64,000 nucleotides of DNA from the human T2T-CHM13v2.0 reference genome, Homo sapiens (GCF_009914755.1 NC_060940.1), one strand, 5' to 3'. Positions 1-18,267 are shown, counted from the stretch's first letter. Notes: generated by a model not told the origin, from the letters alone. Numbers and translations: made by a program.

Positions 1-297
<297 letters not shown>

Positions 298-1638
298 TAA
301 AACTATAACACCGTGAAGCTGTGAACCTATTTCAGGATAATCAGCCCTAGAGTATCTTTTGGTGACATTAGAATGTAGACAGGCCAAATGGTCCTCCAAA
401 AATGAGACTTGGTCGTGCTATTTTAAAGCAGTCATCTTTCAGCAACGATGGGATGTGTTACCCAGCATGTGGGAAACAGTGCTTGCAAGGTGGCCCCTGA
501 GACTGAGTGCCTGCAAGGGGACTGGGTCCTCTGTGGGCCACTCAAGCATGTGTCCGACTTTTGGGCTGGCAGCACTTGGGGCGAGGCCTGCCCCCCGATG
601 CACCTGCACAGGTCATTGTGGGGCTGAGCACCTGTGGGCCACCTGCACAGAGGATGTTAATTCAACCCTTAATTCACCCTCTTACAGTGAGGAGACCAGC
701 AGCCTAGGAAAATAACGAGTTACAGTGAAGACACGAGGAGATGGGGGAGAGTCTCCTCAAACTCCCAGCCCCATCTGCAGTAGAACCACCGGCCCCACGA
801 CCAGGCCTCCTCCTGGACCAAAGAAATCGGCACCTCTAGGGGCAGGGCCAGGGCAACAGAATTTTCCAGACTCCTCGGCCAAGGTTAGGCGCCACCACTG
901 TGGCATAAAGTGAGCCCAGCCTGTCTCCTGGGGTCTCCTGTGGGGAGCTTAGGGGAAAGCAGTAGCTAGCAGCTGGCGGTGTCATCGCTGAGCTGAGGAG
1001 GGGCTAGAAACACAGCGACACAGCCAAAAAGACACACAGAATGGAAATCACCTCTTCGGGGGTAACTCTTCCTGCTCTGCCTCCTCTGAAACAAGCCAGG
1101 GATATGGCACAGAACAGGGCCCTGAGAATAGGAAAGGAGGACTTCCCACGCGGGGCCTCCCACCCCTGCGGCTCCTGCTGAGAGACTTGGGCATGCAGTC
1201 CACCTCGGTCTGCGAGGGGGCAACCACGTGACCTCCTGCAGGGCCGATTCCACCAGGTGCCCATGGCCCAGTGTTTCTGGCTAGCAGCAGTGGGTCTGAT
1301 GGACTGGGCCCTCTACCACTTCACCTGTGGCTTATTTTGAACATCACCTTTTCCTGGAGCTGTTGCAAGGCTTAAAGGGACTGACGCAGGTAAAGTCCTC
1401 AGTGGTGTCTGGCGCAGCCTTGCTCAATAGACAGTGGCGTGTCCTCTAGGCAGCAGCAGGGCTTGTCTCTCAACAGTCCTGCCAGGCGTTCCTCTCCCGC
1501 TGAGTGCAGCATCCCACCAGGGCAGGGGCCAGTGGTGAAGCCAGAAAGATGGGTGGGGGCCAGCCTGAAGGGGCCTGCCCTTGCGAGCTACTTTGAAGAA
1601 CTTGGACTTGATCCTGAAGGCAATGAGAAGCCCTTTAA

Positions 1639-2145
<507 letters not shown>

Positions 2146-5139
2146 TAGATATACACTTTAGAAGAGAATTTAGGGTGCATGAAGTCGAGGGTAGGATGCA
2201 GTATAGCAGCAGGAGACTCACCTGGAGGCAGGTGAGCCGAGCAGCCAAGGCACCAAGAGTGGGGTCTGTCTGAATCTAAAGCCCACGGACCATCTACACT
2301 CTGTCCGGAAGAGCCAGGCACAGGGAAGCTTCCAGATCCAACCCAGGTGGCCACAGGTATTTCCCCATCTACCTGTAGCTCTGCACAGCCTGGCAGCGTG
2401 TCCCACGCCTCCTTGGGGGACCGGCATGTTCCTGCCTGCAGCGCGCCGGCTCCTGGGTTTGGCCGGGGAGCCATCATGACAGCCCCGCCGCGCACATTAC
2501 GGCTGGGCCAGGCGTTCTCAAATGGCTCCGACATGGTGTGAATACACTCTTGTGTCTTTTTGCCATCTGCTGCTGTCATTAAAAAATTACATTTCCATCT
2601 GTTTTCACACTTTTCTCCCTCCCAACCTCCCTTCCTGGAGGAATACAACATGAATCCCAAGTTTCAAGACCAGAACGTTCCCTCGCCTCTTGGAACCTGG
2701 GAACTTTCCCCTGACACACCAGGGTTAGGGTTAAGGGGCTTTGCCGGCAGCCGGTGCTGTTAATTTCCATCTATTTCCTCTTCATTTGCCATTTACTGTG
2801 GCCCCATGTTCCCCCAACACACACTTTGGGGGAGCCATTCACGAAGCTTTTTTATTGTTGGTTTTAATCAGTATGCTTGGCTTTGGCATTAAAAATAAAT
2901 GAAAAGTAAACTGCAGACATTAGGAACCATTCCCCCAGGACGTACTTAAAGAAGAACAGACAAAAAATAAGAATAGGGGAGTGACGTTTTGGGTTCAACA
3001 TAAATCCTCACTCTGGATTTGCTCCAAAGAGGCACCCACCCCCACCTACAGAGCAACCCCAGCCTTTGATGAAGCGTCCGGTTCACTGAGAGCCCAACAC
3101 TGCAGCAACCCTGTGGCAACGCGGATCAGCCTTGCTTTTCTACAGCACAGCTGGGCAAACATCGGCGCTGGTGCTAGCATTTCCGGTTCCTTGCGCGTGT
3201 TCATTCATGCCATCTTCTGCACATCCTGGTTACCATCTCCATTTGAAGATTAAGGAAACTGAGGCTCAGAGAGGCCAAGTGACTTGCTCGAGGCCATCGG
3301 CTGATAGGTGGAGTGCGGGAGCGTCACCTGAGGTTGGATCCCCAAACAGGATCCAAGTGGAAGTGGTTTATTCGGAATGCAGTCCCAGGAAGGGAGGTTG
3401 AGACCGGGAACTTGAGAAGGAGCTGGTTCAGGTTAGCGAGAAGGTTTCTATGGCCGGCAACCAGGGCTCAGTTCCACCGGGAACCTCTGGGCAGCTATGA
3501 CGCCTCGCTCCTCAGTGTGGCCCGTGGACCATCGGCAAGAGCCAATCCCCCAGGAGCTGGTTGGAGATGCACAATCACAGACCCCAGCCCAGACCTCTGC
3601 CTTTGAACCAGATCTCCACCGAGAGCACGTGAAAGTGTGAGAAGAACAGTTCCTCTGACTTGCCCACCACACCAGAACTAAGGGGCAAGGAGGCAGGGGT
3701 ATTTATCTATTGACCCCACCTGATATGGGGTGCAGGCTCTCGCAAGAGTCTAAGGTCCCTAGTACCCCTAGTTGGTCTTCAGGAGCCCCCACCCCTGCCA
3801 CACCTATTCATGTACCAGAGAGAACCTTGGAAAGGAAGAGGATGCTTGCAGTGGGCTGCTGGCATCACAGCAATGGGTGGGCACCGGGCGCGTCCACTAG
3901 ATAGGACCCCAGGTGGGCTGCTCCGGGGCCCTCCCTTTTACTATCCCAGCCCACATTCATGCATTTGCACAATTTCACACAATCCTCAGATTCCCATTGC
4001 ATTGTCCCCATTCCCTAGAAGAGCAAACTGAGGCTCAGAGAGGTTGGCAGCCCACCTGATCAAGATGACTTCCATTTAGAAACTGCTCCATGCCAAACTC
4101 CACGTGGCGGTGGAAGGGCTACATGGATGATTTCACACAATCCTCATATGCTTCCATAAGGTAGGTAGTTACTATCCCCACTTTATAGGTGAAGAAAAGG
4201 CTCAGAGAGGTTGAGTGACTTTCTAGGATCACACAGCACAACGGGGAGCTGGCTGACACCAAAGCCCTCGCTCTTACCCATTCCCCGGTGCCAGGGCTGC
4301 AGTGGGTGCCCTTCCCCCAGCTCCCATGCTTTCCTGTGTGAGAGCTGGTGCGGAGCAGGCCCCCCTCCGCTGAGCCCCTCCCTTCCTAGGGGTGGCAGAG
4401 CTTATGGGAAGCATATGAGAGGCAGAGGAGCTGGGCAGTGGGTATGCTACAGGGTTGACGGCAGCGTGGGGGCAGCTGTCACCAGGAAGGGTCTCTCTGC
4501 CCTTACTCAGCAGACATCATCGTGGGGTAACACCTCCCAAATGCTGACCTCACTGAGGCCTCTGGCCACACCAGGCCCAAAGCTGGGGATTGCTACGCAT
4601 GCCTTGGGCCCCAGTTCCTTTAGGAGATAAGGGAACTCAGCCCAGGCCCCTGAGAGAAAGCCACACCCAGAGTTCTGGGGCCTTGCAGCCTCTAGCTGGC
4701 CCTCCCACCTGTGTCCCCAGCTCAGAGTCCTCAGCCAGGTTGCTGTGGGCCCTAGAATCCCTAGGGGAAGCCGGTGACCAGCCACGGCAGACCGCTGAGG
4801 AGTATTCAGGGAGGCGTGAGGTTTCCTGCAACCCTGACACCCAGCGCCCCCTGGATTCAAGAGGAGGGCAGAGGGTCCAGCCTGGCTTCTAGGTGGACAG
4901 AAGGGGCTCTGAGAAGCCAGAAGGAAGGGGGCGACGATTTGCCTGGCCAATCAACAAGCACAAGAGAAGCAGATTCCTTGGGTGGTAAGACCACAGGCTC
5001 TGAGTTTGAATCCCACCTCTGCCACTTACTTACCTCGGATGACCTTGGGCAAATGATTTAACCTCTAGGTGCCTCCAGTCCCCCATCTGTAAAATGCGGG
5101 TAATAAGAGCACCGACCTGCGGGAGATTAGGTTATTGTT

Positions 5140-5560
5140 TCTGACTCACCTTTCCCTCTCTTTAGAAGAATTGTCTGCCCCCTCCTTGTGCCATGCAACT
5201 TCCCGGCTCACAGTGTTGGGCTTAGCCATGTGACTTGCTTGGCTGAGGGAATGTGGGCATGTGTCACAAGCAGAAGCTGCAAATGCATTGGCTCTGCCTG
5301 TGCTCTGTGCCTCTGCCACCCACTGAGTGAGTGAACATACTCTGGTTGGTTCCTAAAAGAGAGGACACTTGAAGGAAATCGGAGTTCAACTGCAGCTGAT
5401 AAAGCCCAGCTCCTTGCAGCCAATCGGCAAGGCCACGGCCAACCCACAGACCCGTGAGTGAGGAATCAGTGCTCGCTGCTGTAAGCCACTGAGTTTGGGG
5501 GCGGGGGACAGGGGTTGTTACATAGCAACATCACAGCAAAAAGAAAACTGACTAATACGC
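5140..5560 (+). mobile_element. MaLR LTR (MLT1-type)
   Basis: Motifs gccatgtgacttgcttggc, gtaagccactgagtttggg and ttgttacatagca...actgactaatac. Confidence 0.65.
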
Positions 5561-5660
5561 TATCTCTCAGGGTTTCCATGAGAATTATGTGAGTTAAAAT
5601 ATCTGTCAAGTGTTAAGTACAGTGCCTGGTACATAGCAGGCGATATGAATGCTAAATAAG

Positions 5661-6451
<791 letters not shown>

Positions 6452-6869
6452 CTATGACAGAGGTGCTGGGAGTATACCGATGTGTGAGACTAAGTCACTA
6501 CCTTTAGGAAATGTATTTATTAGAGACAGTGGCAGGGGTTCCCGGGGTGTTGGTGAGTTGATCAGCTTTAGGCTGTGAGCCCCAGTGACAAGGCACCTCT
6601 TCCTGTGATGTCCTGCACATCAGTGACTGCGAAACAACAGAAGGGCACCCCGCTCACAGGGGAGGGAGGGAACACGTGCTGTGGGAGCTGGAGGACAGCA
6701 AGGCTTTCTGCTGGCAGGACCTGGCACAGAGGGGCACCAGGCTTCCATGGAACTGGACCTTGCAGAGAGACTGGGGTTGGGAGCAAAGGCGTTCCAGGGA
6801 GAAGAAATGCCTGAACCGGGTGGCAGGTTGTAGTTTCCAAGTGGGGCCACAACATCTCCCATCCACATT

Positions 6870-6980
6870 TTCTTCTTCTTTCTTCTTCTTCTCTTTCTTC
6901 TTCCTCCTTCTCCTTCATCTTTTTCCTTCTTCTTCCTTCTCCTCCTCCTCCTCCTCCTCTCTCCTCCTCCTCCTCTTTTT
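6870..6980. repeat. (TTC)/(TCC) polypyrimidine simple repeat at an antisense Alu tail (Alu ~6980-7225)
   Basis: Direct inspection. Confidence 0.9.
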
Positions 6981-7249
6981 TTAGAGACAGGGTCTTAATG
7001 CTCTGTCACTCAGGCTGGAGCGCAGCGGTGTGATCACAGGTCACTACAGCCTCCAACTGGTGGGTCTACACTACCACACCCAGTTTATTTTTATTTTTTA
7101 TTTTTGTACCGACAGCATCTCACTACATTGCCCAGGCTGGTCTTGAACTCCTGGCCTAGAGTGATCCTCCTCCCTGGGCTTCCCAAAGCACTGGGATTAT
7201 AGGCAGAAGCCACTGCACTCAGCCGGTGCTCTACTTACGCCTTTGACTT

Positions 7250-7695
7250 TGTTCCCGTCACGAGGTGGTGCCTATGTTCCCTCCTTTTTCATCTAGGAAG
7301 GCCCGTGAGGACCGCAGAAGTGATGTGATGTGACTTCAGAGACTAGGTCATCACAGGCGATACAGCTTCCACCTGGTTTTCTGGAGATGCTCTTGCTTGG
7401 ATGTCAGCTGCCATGCTGTGAGGAAGCCCAAGCCGCCCAGGGAGAGGTTCTCGTGGAGAAAAACAAGAGCCCAGAACCAACTTGGCAGCCACGTGGTAGG
7501 TGCTTGCCCTTGTGGGTGTGCCATCTTGGAAGTGGATCTTCTAGCCCCAGATGACATACATGTCTCAGCTGGTGTCTCATGAAACAGACAAACTCTCTCT
7601 TCAGGCCCTGTCCAAATTGCAGATTTGTGGGCAAAATAGATGATTGTTGTTGCTTCACACTAAATATTTGTTATGCAGCAATGGTAACCAGAACG
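7250..7695 (+). mobile_element. MaLR LTR (MLT1-type)
   Basis: Motifs agccatgctgtgaggaagcccaag-like and tttgttatgcagcaatggtaaccagaac end. Confidence 0.7.
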
Positions 7696-7899
7696 AGAGG
7701 CATGCACACAAGGAAAATCAAGGAGTTCAGCTTGATTGGAGTGGAGGCTGAGCAAGGCTGAGCCTTTGGCCTCTTAGGGAGTGTGGAGAGTTTTTGGAGG
7801 CTGCTAAGCAGGCAGTGGAGGGCTCAGAGATTGAGCAGGCAGCAGAGTGAAGGACAGAAGTAGAAGAGAAGGCAAGCACCAAGCATCAGCAGGCATGCC

Positions 7900-8258
7900 C
7901 TTTCCTTCCTTCTTTTCCTTCCCTTCCTTCCCTTCCTTCCTCCCTTCCTCCCTCCTTCCCTTTTTTTTTTTTTTTTTGACCGAGTCTCACTCTGTCACCC
8001 CAGCTGGAGTGCGGTGGCGTGATCTCGGCTCACTGCAACCTCCACCTCTTGGGTACAAGTGATTCTCGTGTCTCAGCCTCCCGGGCAGCTAGAGATTACA
8101 GGCATGTGCCACCATGCCCTGCTAATTTTTGTATTTTTAGTAGAGACGGGGTTTCGCCATGTTGGCCAGGCTGCTCTCAAACTCCTGGTATCAAGTGATC
8201 TGCCTGCCTCGGCCTCCCAAAGTGCTGGGATTACAGGCAGGAGACACCACGCCTGGCC
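7900..8258 (-). mobile_element. Alu with (CCTT)n-extended tail
   Basis: Antisense Alu consensus. Confidence 0.9.
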
Positions 8259-8292
8259 TAAAACCACCTTTAAATCAAGCCACTTATGTTAC

Positions 8293-8950
<658 letters not shown>

Positions 8951-9221
8951 TTACTCAGCCAAGGCAGTCCACTGTAGTAAGAGTCCATGTATATGAAGGG
9001 CGAGAACAGGATAGAGGAACCCATGGTCAGGGACCCAGGACAGCAATGACCTCTCCAAGGTCCCAGTGAAGCCCGTGGTCAGGGTCCCAGCGACGTCCTG
9101 TCTCGCTCAGGGAGGTGGTTTCATGGTGGACATGCACACACACCTGATTGAGCCACAGGTTGATGTTTGGCTGTACTTAATTGTCCAGGTAATACCTTAA
9201 TACAGAAGTTTAAAAACTGGA

Positions 9222-9564
<343 letters not shown>

Positions 9565-9819
9565 TTAGACGCCAGTGCCAGGCTGCTATTCCCATTTCCC
9601 AGGATGTGGGCTGGTTCCTCCAAGGATGAGAAAGAAAACATGTGAAACTCTAAGGAGGACGGGCTGAGGGGGACAGCGGGCAGAACCCCCCAAGTGGGTG
9701 TAATGCCATCACATCATTTCAGCTGCGTCTCGGCACACAGATGTTCACGGGGGCTGGAAGCAGGACTGGCCATATCACATTTGCAGAGCCCCTTGCACAG
9801 CCATGATTGAGAATTTCCT

Positions 9820-10407
<588 letters not shown>

Positions 10408-10899
10408 TGATTGAGAATTTCAAGGTGCGACAGCAGAGTGTTGAACCCAGCGTGGGCCTTCTGAGACGGGCCCTGTGGCAGTGTGCAGGACAAATCCAGA
10501 GAGCTGGCCCTGGCCTTGGGGCCCACCGTATCCCTGGGACTCAGAGCCTGGTGTGTGCCCACACGGCCTCTGCGAGCACTGCTGTCCGTGGGTGGACAGG
10601 CTGGGAATCCTGGGTGGTTCTGGAAGCTGCTCTTGGCCAGCAATGAGTGGGAGTGGGAGGGTGCAGACCCCACATCTAACCCCTCAAGGACCCCTCACTG
10701 AAGGGATCCACACTGCCTCCCCAGAGGCCCCATGGCACCTTATAAGCTCCTTCCTGCGCTGCCTGGCCTCTCGTGCAGTGAAGGATCAGCCATGCCCAGA
10801 GACAGGCCTGGCCTTTCCCTCCTCAACTCTAGCCCTTTCAGTGTCCTGCCTGATGAGACTGTCTTTGTTTGCTGAGGTCTTGGGCTACACAGGATCGTC

Positions 10900-11285
10900 T
10901 AGGCTAATCATGGAATTTATGGTGGGGCCTTAGGCTACCTGGTGTCAGCTGACCTTTGGAGGGGCTGGAGACTAAGGTCAGCCATGTGGTATCTGCCACA
11001 CCCATGTGGCCAAGCCCCAGCGAAGACTCTCGACACTGAGGTTCGGGGCGTCCCTGGTTGGCAATGCTTGGCGCATGTTGTCGCACATCATGGTCAAGAG
11101 AAGTTAGCACTTTCCCACTCTCCCCAACTCTGTTGTGAGAGGACGGCTGGGAGCCTGTGCCTGACCTCTCCTGGATTCTCCTGCCCTCTGCTGATTTTAA
11201 CCTGTATCTGCTTGCCATAATAAGCCATCACCATGACGTTCTTCTGGTGGATGATTAGACCTGAGGGTGGTCTTGGGGACCCTGG
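10900..11285 (+). mobile_element. MER21-like LTR fragment
   Basis: ggaggggctggagactaaggtcagcca...ccctggttggcaatgct motif. Confidence 0.6.
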
Positions 11286-11409
11286 AAGTGCCCTTCCCCA
11301 CTCCGCTACCTTTGTGTCCTGGAGCCACCTCCAAATCCACCCCTCGCACCCAAAGCCTTGGCTCAGGCTTTGCTCTAGGGATCCTGAGACACAAGGAAAA
11401 CCAAACTCA

Positions 11410-12055
<646 letters not shown>

Positions 12056-12065
12056 GAGAGAGAAA

Positions 12066-12262
12066 ATACACACCACACACACACATACACACACCCACAC
12101 ACACACACCACACATACACACACACATAGGCATATCCACATATGACCACACACACCACATGCACACATACATACCACACATGCACACACCTGCACATACA
12201 TGCACACACCCACTCATGCACGTACACACTACACACGCATACACACTACACGTGCATCCACA
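12066..12262. repeat. Degenerate (CA)n microsatellite
   Basis: Direct inspection. Confidence 0.9.
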
Positions 12263-12730
12263 CCAGTATCAGAGTGCTCTATGGGAAGATAGGGACACTG
12301 GCTATGTATTTATTTGGATTGATTGAGATAGGGTCTCACTGTGTTGGCCAGGCTGGTCTTGAACTCCTGGCCTCAAGCTCCTCCTGCCTCAGCCTCCAAA
12401 GTGCTGGAATTACAAGAGTGAGCCACTGTGCCCGGCCCTGATGTGATGTAATTTAAAAAGCCAACACAACGTTGCCTCTCACCTTAGAGATGTATTATTA
12501 CCAGGATCCTACAGCTGGGACTCAAACGAGGTCCACGTGACCGCAGAGCCCATGGCTGGGCCACGCTGAAGCCTAGACAGCAGACTGAAAATGGAGGGGC
12601 TCGAGACCCCCACAATGGCCTGCACACACCAGATTGGCTCTTCCATCTTAAGCGTCTCTCTTAAACCCACGCTTTACCTGGCATGATCCATCGCCTTCTC
12701 CTGACCCAAGAAGCAGGATTCACCATTTGT

Positions 12731-13030
12731 GGCCAGGCATGGTGGCTCACACCTGTAATCCCAGCACTTTGGGAGGCTGAGGCGGGTAGATCACTTGAGG
12801 TCAGGAGTTCGAGACTAGCCTGACCAACATGGTGAAACCCCATCTCTACTAAAAATACAAAAATTAGCCGGGTGCGGTGACTCATGCCTATAATCCCAGC
12901 TACTCAGGAGTCTGAGGCCGGAGAATTGCTTGAACCTGGGAGGCAACACTACAGTGAGCCAAGCCGAGATCATGCCATTGCACTCCAGCCTGGGAGACAA
13001 GAGTGAGACTCCATCTCAAAAAAAAAAAAA
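12731..13030 (+). mobile_element. AluS-type element with 16-bp TSD (12715-12730 / 13031-13046)
   Basis: aggattcaccatttgt before the element and aggattcactatttgt after its A tail. Confidence 0.93.
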
Positions 13031-13034
13031 AGGA

Positions 13035-13532
13035 TTCACTATTTGTTACAGAGGATCTTTATTTATAATGCAAAAAAGAAATTATAAATCCCATTTTGGA
13101 CTGTTTCCGTATCTGTAAAACAACTTATAAAAAACAGCCACTCCACCTGCAAGAAGTTCTTGTTGGTGCTTATGGCAGGGGCATGTGTTTGCACAGCCCT
13201 GGGGGCTGGGAGGGTGTGTTTGTCCAGAAGAGAGCCTCTCCCTGGGACCCCAACAGCCAGGACCATGGCGCTCCCTTTCACCAGGCCGGAGTCAGCAAGA
13301 ACCTGGAGGTGTCAGAGGTCCGGTCCACTCAGCGGGGCCTGGGAAACACTGTTCTGGAAGTGGACAGGCTGGATTCCTCGCTGGTCCTGCCACGTCTCTC
13401 TGAGCGGAGGCCCGGGTTCGCTCAGTTCCCATCCAGGGTATTCAGCACACCTGCTCCAGGCAGCCACGCCCCCGGACACCTGAAGCCGGGCCGCTGGAGC
13501 AGGAGCCAGCCAGCCAAACCCAGGACACCTCC
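13035..13532 (-). other. C16orf74: C16orf74 3' UTR (3' end approximate)
   Basis: Unique sequence between the stop codon and the AATAAA; cleavage expected 15-30 nt past the signal. Confidence 0.85.
13058..13063 (-). terminator. Polyadenylation signal AATAAA of C16orf74
   Basis: Plus-strand tttatt at 13058-13063 in an AT-rich stretch about 470 nt after the stop, followed on the minus strand by a T-run. Confidence 0.85.
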
Positions 13533-13775
<243 letters not shown>

Positions 13776-14599
13776 TCAGTTTAAGAGGAACCCCTCCCAG
13801 CGTTCAGGAACCTCCCTGGGGCTCGGACTTTGTAGAGTAACCCTGTGTCTCCCCTATGCCCCCACTGGTCCTGGGAGCAGGGAAGGTGGTATGATCCCAT
13901 TTTATAGGTGAGGACACAGGCTCAGAGAGGGAAGAGACTTTGACAGCCGAGCTAAGGACCTGCGCCTCTGTCCGCCCACACTGGGCTCTCTGATTAGACA
14001 GTACTGGGGTGCAGGAGGCGCACTGCAGCAGGAGCCCAGCTCTTCTCCCACCTTGCTGTGTGTCCCTGGGCGAGGCACTGTCCCTCTCTGGACCTGTTTG
14101 TTTCCCCATTTCTAAACTAGAGATAAGGGTTGGAATGAGAATTAAATGAGATTTGTGAAAAGCATTTAGCCTGGTGCCAGGCACTTGGAAAGGTCACAGA
14201 GGAATGCGCCCCATTGCACCCACCATGGCTCCACCCAGCACCTGCACTGGCCCAACCCAGAGGGGCCTGACAGCTTTCTCCCAGTCACTCGCTCTGCTGG
14301 GCAAGTGGAGACCCAAGCTCAGGACATCTGGAAGGGTCTATGGATTCCCCCTCCCAGACAGCCTTCCATGCACACTACACCAGCCTCATGGGTGCCTTGT
14401 CCCCTGCATGGGCCCAGCGAGACCCATGTCATGATGGCTGTCAGCTAACTGATGCCACTTGCGGGGAGGACATCCGGCCTGGGGGCCACGGGGTGAAGTG
14501 CAGATCACACAGCCTGGGGCTGCATGCCTGCGGCACCCGTGACTAGCACATGGCAAGTGTCTCAGCCTCTCTCAACCTTAGTTTACCCCTGTCTAAAAT

Positions 14600-14905
14600 G
14601 GGGGTGTGGTGGCTCATGCCTGTAATCCCAGCACTTTGGGAGGCCCAGGTGGGCAGATCACCTGAGGTCAGGAGTTTGAGACCAGCCTGGCCAACACAAC
14701 GAAACCCCATTTCTACTAAAATACAAAAATTAGCTGGGCGTGGTGGCAGGTGCCTGTAATCCCAGCTACTCAGGAGGCTGAGGCAGAACAATCACTTGAA
14801 TGAAGGAGGTGGAGGTTGCAGTGAGCTGAGAGTGCACCACAGCACTCCAGCCTGGGTGACAAAGCAACACTCCATCTCAAAAAAATAAATAAATACAAAT
14901 AATAA
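14600..14905 (+). mobile_element. Alu inserted in a MIR-like sequence
   Basis: Alu consensus flanked on both sides by taaaatgggg. Confidence 0.88.
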
Positions 14906-15018
14906 AATGGGGATGAAATCTGTACTTAACTCTGAACTCTGAGAATTCCTGTAAGAACTAAATAAGAAAATCCATTTGTTACGCTCAGTACAGTGCTACC
15001 TATCATGACCATCCCCAA

Positions 15019-15020
<2 letters not shown>

Positions 15021-15061
<41 letters not shown>
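15021..15061. repeat. (TTA)n microsatellite
   Basis: About 13 perfect units. Confidence 0.95.
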
Positions 15062-15063
<2 letters not shown>

Positions 15064-15572
15064 TAGCAGCAGCCTCAGCACCCGGCATAGGCCCAGCTCA
15101 GTAAATCTCTGCTCAATGAATACATGAACAATTTGTCCCACCAGCTCCAGAGGTATCACAGAGAGGCAGGTAGGGCTGCCGATTTGGGCCTCTGTCTCCC
15201 ACCTCCTCACCCTCTCCCTGGGAAGAACTCTATTTCCTCGCCGCTCCCAGCAGTGAGCTGCATCTGGAAGGCCCAGGGTCCGGCCCCAGCCTGGGCACGA
15301 GCTGTGTTTCCAAGTCTGTCCTGTCCGGCCAAACTGCAGCGGCCAACAAGATGGAGCAGCGGTCCTCCCGCTGGCAGGGGAAGGAGCATCCATCAATTAC
15401 CTTGGCTGGCCGGAGCCGCGGCGTGGCGGGCCAGCCCGGCCCCATCCATCAAGCGTCCTGGCTGCTGGCAGGGGCTGTCTACTAATTACTTAACACGCCG
15501 CGTCGTGCTGAGGCTGGCGCCGTGGCAGGGGGCTCACGGTGCAGTGTACACAGGTCTGACCATAAATGTTTA

Positions 15573-15893
<321 letters not shown>

Positions 15894-16549
15894 TCAGTGG
15901 CCGCCGGGAACCGCGGGCGCCACCCTCCCTTCACTATCACCTGGGTCCTGACGCCTCGCAGCAAGGAGCGCAGCTGTCCCCGCATCACAGATGAAAACCG
16001 GCGTCTCAGGAATGAAAAAGGAGCCCTTGTCACATCTCACAGAACCATGAGTCGGGAAACAGATTTTGGGAAATGCTGATCATAGGCTAGTTGGCCTCTG
16101 GGTCCAGTTGTCAGCCTTTACCATGTGGCCCAGCCAGCTGCAGCCTCATTCCCGGCCACCAGCCCCCACTCTCCACAGCGCTCCAGCCTCCACTCTCCAA
16201 AGTGCTCACACTTCCCCAGACTCCCTAGGCTCCTGGGGCCCCTTCGTGCCTTTGCATATGCTGCTCCCCCCGCCTGGGATGCTCTTTCTTCCTCTGCCTG
16301 AGTAACAAGCTCCTGCTTATCCTTCAAAGCCCAGTGCAACGGGCTCTTCCTTGGGAAAGGTGTCCCAGCAGATCTGGCTGCTCCCTCTTTTGCCCATCTG
16401 CACTCACTCATTCATCAATGAATGACATGATTTATTTTTACTTCTGCCTCTCTTTGCTGTGAACACCTGGAGGACAGTCTCTATTTCATTCATCTGTGTT
16501 TCCCTTGAGCCTAGCGCATGCTCGAGACAGAGTAAGTAGGAGTGCTTTA

Positions 16550-17238
<689 letters not shown>

Positions 17239-17454
17239 TCACTTTGGTTTTGCCCCAAACGGTGCCAGGCTGGGATTAAATTAGCTCAAGTATCAGAGCC
17301 CCTGACCAACAGGAGAAGCTGAGTAATAAGGGGTTGGGGGAATATTTTTCCTACTGTTCTCAGGCCTCCCTTGACCACCATTAGGACAATGTTCCTAAGT
17401 GACCATTGTAGGGTCAGTGTGGGGGTTCTGAAATATGGCTCTGAGAGGCAGAGT

Positions 17455-17911
17455 CTAAGCCCTTGAGTGTGGATGGACTTAGTGACTTGCTTCCAACAAA
17501 TAGGACTGCCATGATGGTGTGTGACTTCCACGGTGAGGTCATAAAAGACATTGCAACTTCCTCCTTGCTCTCTCTTGGAACACTTGCTCTTGGGGAAGCC
17601 AGCCACCATGTTACGAGGATGCTCAAGCAGCCTGTGGAGCAGCTCACGTGGGTGAGGAATCAAGGCCTCTAGCCAACAGCCACAAGGGAGCCTCCTCAGC
17701 AGTGGAGCCTCCAGCCCCAGTCCAGCCATCAGATGAGACTGCAGCCCCGGCTGACATCTTGGATGTAACATCATGATCGACCCTGAGCCAGAACCACCCA
17801 GATAAGCCACTCCTCAATTCCTGACCCACAGAAACTCTGAGATAATAAAGGTTTGATGTTTAAGCCACAAAGTTTTGGCATAGTTTGTTATGCAGTGATA
17901 GATTACTGACA
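17455..17911 (+). mobile_element. MaLR LTR (MLT1-type)
   Basis: gacttagtgacttgcttc start region and ctgagataataaa...ttgttatgcagtgatagattactgaca end. Confidence 0.75.
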
Positions 17912-18267
17912 GTCAGCAAATCTTTCCCTGACCCAGTAGGAAGGGATGGCAGGTGCACAGTGGGAATCTCATACCCGGCTGTGGGGAAATCACAGGAAGC
18001 TTCTCAGGGTAACCTTTGTTCACCCAAGGGGTGTTCCTCTGAGAGGCAGGTTACACCTGGGCTGTCAGGGATGATCTGTTTGAATCCACAAAAGCATGTA
18101 CACCTAGAGGACCTGGAGCCATGCCATTCAGGCCAAATTCTTGGTTCACCTGCAGCTTGACCAAGGCTGCAGGCTCAGAAAAACTGAAAGCAGTAGGCAC
18201 ACTGGCTTTGGAATCAGGCCACCAGCTGTGTGACCCTGCGTGCACTGCACCTCCTCTCTGGGCCCTT

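Noticed and set aside
2216-5152. Isolated strong minus-strand donors (2222/2221, 5034/5033, 5150/5149) suggesting extra downstream exons
   Set aside because: No matched acceptors were established, two lie in or beside repeats, and a few such matches are expected by chance in 64 kb.
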